Shown here piece after piece: positions 55,586 through 64,000 of a stretch of DNA of 64,000 bases. The stretch spans positions 7,318-71,317 of the forward strand of contig JADZFO010000011.1 of assembly GCA_020849855.1 (NCBI GenBank). Reading direction: 5' to 3'. A program made the translations under genes and the position numbers. This DNA comes from a bacterium (GTDB taxonomy: Bacteria > 4484-113 > JAFGCY01). The notes below the pieces were generated by a model. It saw nothing but the letters and a program-made list of their open reading frames with translations. It searched no databases and was not told where the DNA came from. Every line of letters begins with the position of its first letter. The stretch's first letter is position 1.

Positions 55586-58039
55586 ATGCGCAACGCCGCA
55601 ATGCTGCTTGCCACTGCCAGCCTGATAACGCTGGCCGCCTGCTCCAATGGAGCCGCGATTCCCTCCAGACTCGGCGCGCCGGCGCCGGAGCAATTCAGCC
55701 TGAGCGTCCTGCCCGAAACGTATGCCTTCGGCGGCAGCGCGCGCGCGATCAGCCTGCAGCAAAGCGAACGTGGCGACAGCATTGAGCTGCAGCTGCGGGC
55801 GGAGGGTGCCAGCGGGCTGAAGGCGCTGTACTTCAGCCTCGACTATGACCCGCTGCGGTACAGCCCAGCCGGGCTGGAACTGAACCCGGAATTCCTCGCG
55901 CCAACGCAGCGCCTGGAGCTGACCCTCAGTGGCCGGCCGGGGAGCCTGGAACACGGCAGCATGCTGCTGCATCCGCAGCTGCCAACTGCCGGCGCCGGAT
56001 TCAGCGGCGACTGCGTGCTGGCCAGGCTGCGTTTTGAGCGGCGCGCCGATGCTGCTGCGCGGCGAGTCAGTACGCCGCCAACCAGCGCCGCGGCGCAGAC
56101 TCCGCTGTTCAGCAGCGGCCTGGCGGGCAACCTGAAGTGGTACCTCTACAACCCCGGCGACTATGACCAGAACGGGGTGGTCGCCGTACAGGACCTGACG
56201 CCGATCGGGATCAATTTCGGGGCCAGTGTGCCGCCGGGCAGCGGCCCCGACGGCCGGGACTACACCAGCGCGCTGGATGTGATCGACGGCAGCGACGACG
56301 GCGTGATCAACGTGCAGGATCTGACAGCCATCGGCGTGAACTATGGCCGGCGCGTGGCCGGCTTCAATATCTACAGCGGGATTGATGCCTCGCACTATCC
56401 GGCGGACAACAGCGCACCAAGCTCGATCAACCCCGACGACAGCGTTGACACCGGTTTTTCGAGCACCGACACCTCGCAGTTCCGCCGCGCCTACGACTAC
56501 ACCATCCCCGGCGCACCACCGGGGCCGATCTTCTGGCTTCGGCCCTTCGACAGCGCCGGCACAGAAGGCACCCCAAGCCAGATCTATGACGCCGGCAACC
56601 CGAACCAGCCACCGCAGATCAGCGGCTTTGCCGTCCAGCCGTCCCAGTCGATGCCGGAGCGGCTTACCCAGCTGATTGCCATGGCCAGCGACCCGGACGG
56701 CGATCCGCTGTTGTTCAGCTGGAGCATCATTTCCGGTGGCGGCTATCTACTGCGCGACGACCCCGGTTACAGCGTCTACAACGGCTATTTTTGCCCCAGT
56801 TCCAACGAAACCGCCACGATCAGGCTGACGGCTGACGACGGGCGGGGCGGGACCGCCATCCATGACGGGCAGATCGCCGTCAATAACAGTTTTGAGGGCA
56901 ACTTCCCGTTCAGTCCGACCCAGGTACAGGGCTGGACGGACGGCAGCGGGCTGCACAGTGCACTGACCGTGGGTATCGACGGCCTGCCACGAATTTACTA
57001 CTACAACGAAAGTGGTGAAGGCAGCGGGGTTTTCCTGGCCCTGGCCGGCAGCCCCTTTGGCAATGAGTGGGCCCTGGCTGGCCAGGTCGGCAATGGCGGA
57101 TTCCGCGGGCTGGCCGCGTGGACCTATTTTCAGCAGTCCGGCTTTGCGACTTATGACCAGCCCGGTGGCGCAGGCAACCTGGTGTGGTACTTTCAGGACG
57201 CTCCCTTCAGCCTTAATCACAATCTGACGGTGCTGGACAGTACGCCGGCGACCGGGCTCTTTCCCAGTATCACATTTCTGGAGAACCCGGGCGGCGACGG
57301 CCTGCCTGCGCTGTCCTATCACAATGACCTAGGCTTTGGCACCGGGTCGCTGCGATTTATAGGCGCCCAGGACCCGCTGGGTGACAACTGGGGTGCACCT
57401 CTGCCGGTGGCTGGTGAACCGGAGACAGCCGGCGTCGATCTGGGCGGTGAGTCCTCAATCAGCAATGTCAACGGCAATCCGGCCATTGCTTATCATGACA
57501 CCGGCAACCAGCGCCTGCTCTATGTGCGCGCCAGTGACCCGCAGGGCAGCAACTGGAACGCGCCGCTGCCAGCGGTGGTGGTCGACGAGGCCGGCGTGGC
57601 CGAGCTTGGCGCCTCGCCCGCGCTGGTTACGCTGGCGGATGGCCGGCCGGCGGTGTTCTACAAGCGCAAGGCCGACGACTTCGCCGTGACGCAGCTCATG
57701 TTCAAGGTGGCGCTGGATGCCAACGGCACTGGCTGGTACCCGGCATCCACCCAGATCGCGCTGTCGCTGAACCCCAACAGCAGGATCAGCGCGAGGAAGA
57801 GCTTCAACGGAAATCCGGCCGTGGCCTACTGCGGTCCCCCGCCGGCCGCGGGAAACTGCTACTACTCGGAGATCACCGGTGTCGATGGCAGCGGATTGGC
57901 CAGCTACGCAGACCTGGTCGCCTGCAGCCTGACCGGAAGCAGTTTCATCAACCCTTCGCTGGCCTTTGTCGGCGGCCGGGCGGCGGTGAGCGTCCATGAC
58001 CAGACCAACCAGGACCTGTACTTCAATATCCGTTTTTAG
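55586..58039 (+). CDS. Surface lipoprotein paralog 1: cohesin-like + dockerin-like + Ig/PKD-like + propeller repeats
   Basis: Lipobox LAAC; LKALYFSLDYDP...GDCVLARLRF; GDYDQNGVVAVQDL / DGSDDGVINVQDL; DPDGDPL.FSW; NGNPAIAY repeats. Own -10 TAAAAT (55550) and SD GGAGGA. Confidence 0.82.
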   Translation: MRNAAMLLATASLITLAACSNGAAIPSRLGAPAPEQFSLSVLPETYAFGGSARAISLQQSERGDSIELQLRAEGASGLKALYFSLDYDPLRYSPAGLELNPEFLAPTQRLELTLSGRPGSLEHGSMLLHPQLPTAGAGFSGDCVLARLRFERRADAAARRVSTPPTSAAAQTPLFSSGLAGNLKWYLYNPGDYDQNGVVAVQDLTPIGINFGASVPPGSGPDGRDYTSALDVIDGSDDGVINVQDLTAIGVNYGRRVAGFNIYSGIDASHYPADNSAPSSINPDDSVDTGFSSTDTSQFRRAYDYTIPGAPPGPIFWLRPFDSAGTEGTPSQIYDAGNPNQPPQISGFAVQPSQSMPERLTQLIAMASDPDGDPLLFSWSIISGGGYLLRDDPGYSVYNGYFCPSSNETATIRLTADDGRGGTAIHDGQIAVNNSFEGNFPFSPTQVQGWTDGSGLHSALTVGIDGLPRIYYYNESGEGSGVFLALAGSPFGNEWALAGQVGNGGFRGLAAWTYFQQSGFATYDQPGGAGNLVWYFQDAPFSLNHNLTVLDSTPATGLFPSITFLENPGGDGLPALSYHNDLGFGTGSLRFIGAQDPLGDNWGAPLPVAGEPETAGVDLGGESSISNVNGNPAIAYHDTGNQRLLYVRASDPQGSNWNAPLPAVVVDEAGVAELGASPALVTLADGRPAVFYKRKADDFAVTQLMFKVALDANGTGWYPASTQIALSLNPNSRISARKSFNGNPAVAYCGPPPAAGNCYYSEITGVDGSGLASYADLVACSLTGSSFINPSLAFVGGRAAVSVHDQTNQDLYFNIRF

Positions 58040-58140
58040 CAGCGCTGACAGTCAGGCCGCCGGTTGGGCGGCGGGCTGAGCCCGGCAGCTGGGCTGCAGA
58101 TAACATAGCGCACCGGCGGCAGGGGTGTATAAAGCCAGTG

Positions 58141-58272
58141 ATGCTAAAGCAGGATCCGGGTCGAGAGATCGAAGTGCGCGGCGCTGAGGACGAGCTGTTG
58201 GCGGCGGCACGGGCCGCCCGCGGGCGGGCCTGGTGCCCATACTCCAGTTTCCCGGCCGGCGCGGCTGTGCTG
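58141..58272 (+). pseudogene. cdd: 5' fragment of cytidine deaminase
   Basis: ELLAAARAARGRAWCPYSSFPAGAAVL matches the CDD N-terminus; homology stops before the catalytic Glu and Zn motifs. Confidence 0.78.
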
Positions 58273-58278
58273 CGCAGC

Positions 58279-58577
58279 TACCTGGTCCCAGCTGCGTCCG
58301 GCGAGGAACATGCTGTAACTGGAGAGGAAGGGGATGAAGCCCATCTTGCTGAGGCCGGCGGCGGTGTTAACCAAGTGGGCCTCGGAAATGCAGCACTCGA
58401 GGAAGCGCGTCGGGTGAACTTCGTGTAGGTGCTCTCGGCCAGGTCGGCATCCAGCATAACAACGCGCTCGTTCTCCGCGCCCAGCTCTACCAGCGCGTCG
58501 CCGAAGCCCTTGCGGGTCAGTTCCATCTTCCATTCGCTGCTGGGCCGATAGCCGTGATGCCAGGTCAGGTAGGGCAT
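58279..58577 (-). pseudogene. Frameshifted, 3'-truncated paralog of the transketolase C-terminal subunit
   Basis: MPYLTWHHGYRPSSEWKMELTRKGFGDAL...STYTKF, then a 13-nt deletion relative to 54405-55394, then PTRFLECCISEAHLVNTAAGLSKMG...WDQV in another frame, then homology ends. Confidence 0.88.
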
Positions 58578-58688
58578 TGCATCTTTGGGCACTGCGATTC
58601 CGAAAGCTGACTGTCCACCTGCCCGGCGTCGTGCGCAACCAGCCTTTAGGTATAATCCGCAGTAACTGTTTCCTCGGGGGGGAAGCCG

Positions 58689-61414
58689 ATGCGTAAGCTG
58701 TGGCTAGCCGGCCTGCTGCTCAGCATGGCCAGATGAGCGCATGCTCAGTCAGCGAGAACCTGGAGGAGCGCGGGTCTTCGGCCTTCCGACTGGAGCTGCT
58801 GCCTGGAAGTTTTGACTTCGGCGGCAGCGCCGACATCCGCCTCAGCCAACGCGAGGAAGCCGGCGAGATCCTGTTGGATGTTCACGCGTACAACGCGCAC
58901 AGCCTGAGAGCCCTCTATTTCGAGCTGTACTACGACCCGACGCAGTTCAGCCCGCTCAGCGTCAGCGCGACGGATGAGCTGGCCCCGGCGGCACAGCGTC
59001 TGGAACTAAACTTGAGTGGCCAAGCTGGCCTAGTACAGCACGGCCAGCTGCTGCTGCACCCGCAGATCGACATGCAGCCGGGCAGCACTCGCGGCTTCAA
59101 CGGCAGCGGCGTGCTGGCCACGCTGCGCTTCGAGCGGCGGCCGTTCAGCGCTGGCCGAGCGGTCAGCACACCGCCCAGCGGCGCCAACAGCAACGCCGTC
59201 CTGGGCAGCGGTGGTCTGTCCGGAACGCTGCTGTGGTACTACTTCTCCCCCGGCGACTATGACCAGAACGGCATTGTGGCCGTGCAGGACCTGACGCCCA
59301 TCGGCATCAACTTTGGCGCCAGCGTAGCGGCTGGCCCGGGGCCCGACGGGCGCGACTTCAAGACCGCGCTGCACGCCATCGACGGCTCCAGCGACGGCGT
59401 GATCAATGTGCAGGACCTGACCGCGATCGGCGTCAACTTCGGCCGCCAGGTGAACAAGTACACGATCTACGAAGCGCCGGACAGCAGTGCTTACCCAGCC
59501 AGCGATACAGCGCCGAGCAGCATCAGCCTGCTGGACTCCGTCCTTTTCAGCACGGCCATCGGCAACCCGGTCAGCGAACGAAAGCAGTTCTTTTTCAGCA
59601 TCCCGGCTCCGGTGCCGGGATCGGTCTACTGGGTGCGCCCGGCGGATGCCAGCGACATGGAGGGCGCGCCGAGCAATGTCTATGACCCGGCGCTGGCCGG
59701 ATCCAACAACATCAGCGGCACAATCCTTGAAGACACCTCGGTGCCCATAGACGGCATCGGCGATGTCCCGCTGGCTGGAGTGACGGTGACCCTCGGCGGC
59801 GGCGTGGCGACAACCACCACGGCCGGGGATGGCAGCTACAGCTTCAGCGGCGTCGGCGACAACACCTATACGGTTACCCCCAGCCTGAGCGGCTACAGCT
59901 TTACCCCGATCAACCGGACGATTGCCGTCCCGCCGGATGCAGGCTCGACGGACTTTGTGGGCAACCCCGGCGCTGCCAATCAGCCGCCGACCATTCTGGG
60001 CGTGATCGCTACCCCTCAGCCTGCGCGGCCTGGCCAGACCGTCTCGCTTTATGCCGACGGCGCTGATCCTGACGGCGACCCACTGACCTATACCTGGCAG
60101 GTCATCAGCGGCGGCGGATCCCTGATCCACAGCATTACCTCGCCAACGCCCTACAACGGCTACACCAGCTTCGGAGAAGAGAGCGTGGAGATCAGGGTCA
60201 CGCTGGACGACGGCCGGGGCGGCAGCATTGACACTACTCAGCCGCTGACCATCAGCAACGCCGCGCCAGAGGGCAGTTGGCATGTATTCGACGTTGATCT
60301 CGGCGGCAGCGGCACCAACAACACAGGTGTGCGCAGCTCGCTGATCGAAGTCAACGGTCTGCCGCGCATCCTGTATTACAGGCAGGATAGCGTGACTGGC
60401 GATGGCGTTTATGAAGCCCTGACGGAGAGTCCTTTTGGTGAGGTCTGGACCACGCAGGTCCCCGGCGGCAACGCTCCGTCCGGGCCAATCCCCGGCGGCT
60501 TCGGCGGGCTGAGCGCGCTGTATGCCCCACGGTCGGCACCGGTGGACGTTCTCGTGGCGGCTTATGACGATACAGGCATGGCGCCCTCGCCTCTGGCTTA
60601 CTCGCTCTATCCCGCCACAGGCGGCGGCTGGAGCACTTCCGGTCTTGACTCTGACGCGGGCGCCGGGATTGGCGTGGACGGCGTTCTGGACGCACTCGGC
60701 CAGCCGCTCTATGCCTACCACTGCGAGCAGGGCCTCAGCACGGGCTCGCTGCGGGCGCTTGGTGCGGATGACTACCAGACCAATATGTGGCGCTTCTTCA
60801 CCGGCATTGAGGGCGAGCCGGAGGCGCCGGGTGTGGACGTGGGCAGCGACTGCTCCATCAACATAATCGGCGGTTTCCCGGCGGTGGCCTATTACGACAA
60901 GGCAAATGCCGCGCTGAAGTTCGCTGGAGCATTCAATTCAGTCGGCAGCGACTGGACCACTCCCCCTGCGGTGCTGCCGATAACAGTTGACGCTTCGCCG
61001 GGTCTTGACTTTGGGCGCGGCGCGCAGCTGGTAACCGAATCCGACGGAACCCCCGGCATCTTTTACTTCAACGCCACGGACTCCACTGTGCTCTATGCGC
61101 GGGCTTCCAGCCCCGACGGCAGCGCCTGGGGCGGCGGCTTCTTCTCTGTGGACAGCGGGGACTCCCTGCGCGGCATGTCGGCTGGCCAGTCGCCCGCCGG
61201 TGACCCGGCGGCGGTCTACTTCAATGCCTCAAGCGGCAACCTGGTTTACGATGAGATCACCGGTTTCAGCCCTTACACATCCAACAATCTGCCTATCGCC
61301 TCAAGTCCGGGTGTGGTCTATGGCAACCCTTCATATGCACTTGTCGGCGGGCGGGCGGCGGTCAGCTTTTATGACTTCACCAACCAGAGCCTGAAGTACG
61401 CAGTGCTGTACTAA
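58689..61414 (+). CDS. Surface lipoprotein paralog 2 (cohesin-like, dockerin-like, carboxypeptidase-regulatory-like, Ig/PKD-like, propeller); signal peptide frameshifted
   Basis: ATG 58689 gives MRKLWLAGLLLSMAR-stop; the body (MSACS...) continues in the -1 frame from about 58733. Own -10 TATAAT at 58651. Confidence 0.78.
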
Positions 61415-61576
61415 GACCTTCAGGCTATCTGCACTGCCGCCTTTGACAGGACCTGGCGGGGCGTCATGGGCCCGGTCCGCTGTGCAGTTTCCTGCGCCTG
61501 CCTGCCCGGGCCGACCCGCGCTTTCAACCTTGGCAGTCTGGGTATAATCGCCGGTTGTTTGAATTTGGAGGAAACG

Positions 61577-64000
61577 ATGTCCCGACTCTTGGCGCTGCCC
61601 GCTGTCCTGCTCTGCCTCGCCCTGCTGGGGCTTGCCGCATGTGGAACCGGAGAAAAGCTGGACACTGCTCCTGCCGCTCCAGCTGATGGCTTCGGCCTGC
61701 AACTGCTGCCTGAAAGCTATATCGCCGGAGGCAGTGTGGAGGCCATCGAGCTGCAGCAAAGCAGCGAGGGCAGCACCGTTCAGCTTGAGCTGCAGGCCCG
61801 CGATGCCAGCGCGCTAAAGGCGCTCTTTGCCAGCGTCAGCTATGACCCGGCGCGCTACAGCCCGGCCGGGGCCAGGATCAACGAGGCGCTTGCCCCGCAG
61901 TCCCAGAGCCTGCAGCTGGTGCTGACAGGCCAGCCGGGCAAGGTGGAGCTGGGCGCGATGCTGACCCGCCCGCAGGAGCGCAGCGGCGCCGGCTTCAACG
62001 GCGATGGAGTGCTGGCCACGATCTTCTTCGAGCGCCGTCCCTTCAGCGCGGCCCGCGGCGTCAGCGCCGTACCCACTTCTGATGCGGCGCGCAGCGGCCT
62101 GACATACATTGGCACCGACAACTTCCTGTGGAACCTGTATAACCCCGGTGACTACGACCAGAACGGTGTGGTGGCTGTGCAGGACCTGACCCCGATCGGC
62201 ATCAACTTCGGTGACAGCGTGCCTGCCGGTGGCGGCCCTGACGGCCGCGACTTCAAGAGCGTGCTGGATGTGATCGACGGCTCGGACGACGGCGTAATCA
62301 ATGTCCAGGACCTGACGGCCATCGGCGTCAACTTCGGCAACAAGATCGTCAGCTTCACGCTGTTCCAGTCGGCCAGCGCGGCAGACTACCCGGCCAGCAA
62401 CAGTGGGCCCAACGGGGGCGGAGCGTCCGCAGCCGCCGGGATCAGCCTGACCTTCTCCAGCACGGATATCTCGCAGTTCCGCCGCGAGTACAACTATCTC
62501 CACCCCGCCGCGCTGGCCGGGCCCTTCTTCTGGGTGCGGCCTGAAGACGGCGAGGGCAACTACGGCACGCCCAGTGCGCTGCTGGACATCAGCGGCGGCA
62601 GTGGCTCGACGATTTCCGGCACGGTGCTGGCCGACACCAGCGTACCCAAAGACGGCATCGGCGACGTGCCCCTGGCCGGCGTGACCGTCACAGCGGGCGC
62701 CAGCAGCGCCGTGAGCGGCGGCGACGGAAAGTACTTCATCGTTGCTGTGCCTGACGGCACCTATGACCTGACCCCCAGCCTGGCCGGCTACAGCTTCCTG
62801 CCGGCGGCCGTGCCGGTAACCGTGCCTCCGGCAGCAGCGCAGGATTTCGTGGCCCTGCCCGCGGCGGCCAATACCGACCCGCAGATCAGCAGCATTGACG
62901 CAGTCAACGCGCCCTCGCTGCCGGGCCGCACGGTGCAGCTTTATGCCAATGCGACTGACGCGGACGGCGATTCCCTGAGTTACCAATGGAGCGTGGTGTC
63001 AGGCAGCGGCGTGATGCTCTTTGGCGGCATCAGCAGCCTGAACGGCAACGCCTACCTGCCCGCGCCGGGCATTGAGGAAACCGCCCAGGTGCAGGTGCTG
63101 GTGACGGACGGCCATGGCGGCAGCGCCACCCTGAGCCGCGATGTGCAGTTCACCAACGGCGCCTTCATCGGCTCCTGGCATCCGGTTATCGTCCGGGATG
63201 GCGGCGGCAACAACACCGGCGTGCGCAGCGTGCTGCTGGATGTGGACGGAGCCCCGGACATCTTCTATTACAACCAGGACCCCACGGACGGCGATGGAGT
63301 GTTCCATGCCGTGCCCACAGACTGGCTGGGCCAGTTCTGGAACGATTTCGGCAAGTATGCCGAGGGCGGTTTCAGCGGTCTGTCGGCAGTGTATGACGGC
63401 AGCGCGAGCAACCTGATCGTGAGTGTCTGCGATGACACCGGCATGGCGCCGGCTCCCCTGACCAGCTACCTCTCCACCATCGGCGGCGGCCTCCCGACAG
63501 CCTTCTCGGTGGACAACGCCATAGGTACCGGCGTGAATGTAAGCAGCATCCTGGACCTGAATGGGCAGCCGCTGCTGGCCTACCACAACAGCCTGGGCCT
63601 GGCCACCGGCAGCCTGCGGGTCTGCGGCGCGAACGACTATGTGAACCTCAACTGGAAGCCGGTCCAGCCGGTCGAAGGCGAGCCCGAAGCACCGGGCGTC
63701 AACGTCGGCAGCTTCACTTCCATTGCCCAGATCGGCGGCTTCCCGGCGGTGGCCTACTACGACGAGGCCAACGGTGAGCTGCGCTATGTCCGGGCCAGCG
63801 ACCTCTCCGGTACGGTCTGGAATTCGCCCACGCCGGTAGTGGCCCACGCAGCTGCCGGAGACACGGTGGGCTATTCGCCCCAGCTGGTCTATGTCGAGGG
63901 CCGGCCGGCAGTCTTCTTCCTGGACATCACCAACAACAGCGTCCTGTACAAGCGTGCTGACGACAACCAGGGCAATGCCTGGACCGGGCTGGCCTGGGCC
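61577..64000 (+). CDS. Surface lipoprotein paralog 3, 3'-truncated by window edge
   Basis: Not in the ORF track because it runs off the end. MSRLLALPAVLLCLALLGLAAC lipobox; same cohesin-like and dockerin-like modules. Frame spot-checked as consistent at 62642, 63662 and 63962; -10 TATAAT (61543) and SD GGAGGA. Confidence 0.82.
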   Translation, partial: MSRLLALPAVLLCLALLGLAACGTGEKLDTAPAAPADGFGLQLLPESYIAGGSVEAIELQQSSEGSTVQLELQARDASALKALFASVSYDPARYSPAGARINEALAPQSQSLQLVLTGQPGKVELGAMLTRPQERSGAGFNGDGVLATIFFERRPFSAARGVSAVPTSDAARSGLTYIGTDNFLWNLYNPGDYDQNGVVAVQDLTPIGINFGDSVPAGGGPDGRDFKSVLDVIDGSDDGVINVQDLTAIGVNFGNKIVSFTLFQSASAADYPASNSGPNGGGASAAAGISLTFSSTDISQFRREYNYLHPAALAGPFFWVRPEDGEGNYGTPSALLDISGGSGSTISGTVLADTSVPKDGIGDVPLAGVTVTAGASSAVSGGDGKYFIVAVPDGTYDLTPSLAGYSFLPAAVPVTVPPAAAQDFVALPAAANTDPQISSIDAVNAPSLPGRTVQLYANATDADGDSLSYQWSVVSGSGVMLFGGISSLNGNAYLPAPGIEETAQVQVLVTDGHGGSATLSRDVQFTNGAFIGSWHPVIVRDGGGNNTGVRSVLLDVDGAPDIFYYNQDPTDGDGVFHAVPTDWLGQFWNDFGKYAEGGFSGLSAVYDGSASNLIVSVCDDTGMAPAPLTSYLSTIGGGLPTAFSVDNAIGTGVNVSSILDLNGQPLLAYHNSLGLATGSLRVCGANDYVNLNWKPVQPVEGEPEAPGVNVGSFTSIAQIGGFPAVAYYDEANGELRYVRASDLSGTVWNSPTPVVAHAAAGDTVGYSPQLVYVEGRPAVFFLDITNNSVLYKRADDNQGNAWTGLAWA

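Noticed and set aside
58138-58428. 96-aa ORF as a new chimeric protein
   Set aside because: It is a cdd stump reading into the antisense strand of the transketolase stump and has no catalytic motifs.
58676-58682. G7 tract before paralog 2 as a phase-variable site
   Set aside because: Short for a GC-rich genome, outside the CDS, and it does not explain the frameshift about 50 bp downstream.
250-62986. Long antisense or alternate-frame ORFs (e.g. 250-1323, 2283-3527, 10880-12220, 21136-22632, 24735-26231, 31185-32645, 33735-35264, 49756-51318, 59030-60721, 61814-62986)
   Set aside because: They shadow well-supported genes, have no recognisable motifs and are expected in high-GC DNA.

Overview
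A 64-kb window of a high-GC bacterial chromosome with about 44 credible CDS, one SRP RNA gene and two gene fragments. I saw no rRNA, tRNA, CRISPR array, integrase or transposase. Housekeeping genes: ispG (5'-partial), dxs, addB-addA, a pilT-family ATPase, dprA-topA, cinA/pncC, a ROK kinase, a DegT aminotransferase, a methionine gamma-lyase-like enzyme and a split-transketolase C-terminal subunit. These are interleaved with many predicted lipoproteins (12 with a lipobox). Main observations: (1) three tandem lipoprotein paralogs each carry a cohesin-like and a dockerin-like module in one chain. (2) Five otherwise different lipoproteins share an unrecognised ~135-aa N-terminal module. (3) A small basic ORF has the ArfA KKGKGSYxRKxKH motif and an RNA stem across its stop codon. 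(4) A lower-GC three-gene island behind pilT has a TTGCCA-N17-TATACT promoter with a (TA)7 run in the spacer, a candidate phase-variation switch. (5) Inverted heptamer arrays, a 63-bp tandem repeat and twin-loop hairpins lie in intergenic DNA. (6) A cdd'/transketolase' deletion scar and a frameshifted signal peptide sit inside the lipoprotein array. (7) Many genes look leaderless. All family assignments come from motif recognition by eye; no database search was run. The taxon cannot be fixed from this window.
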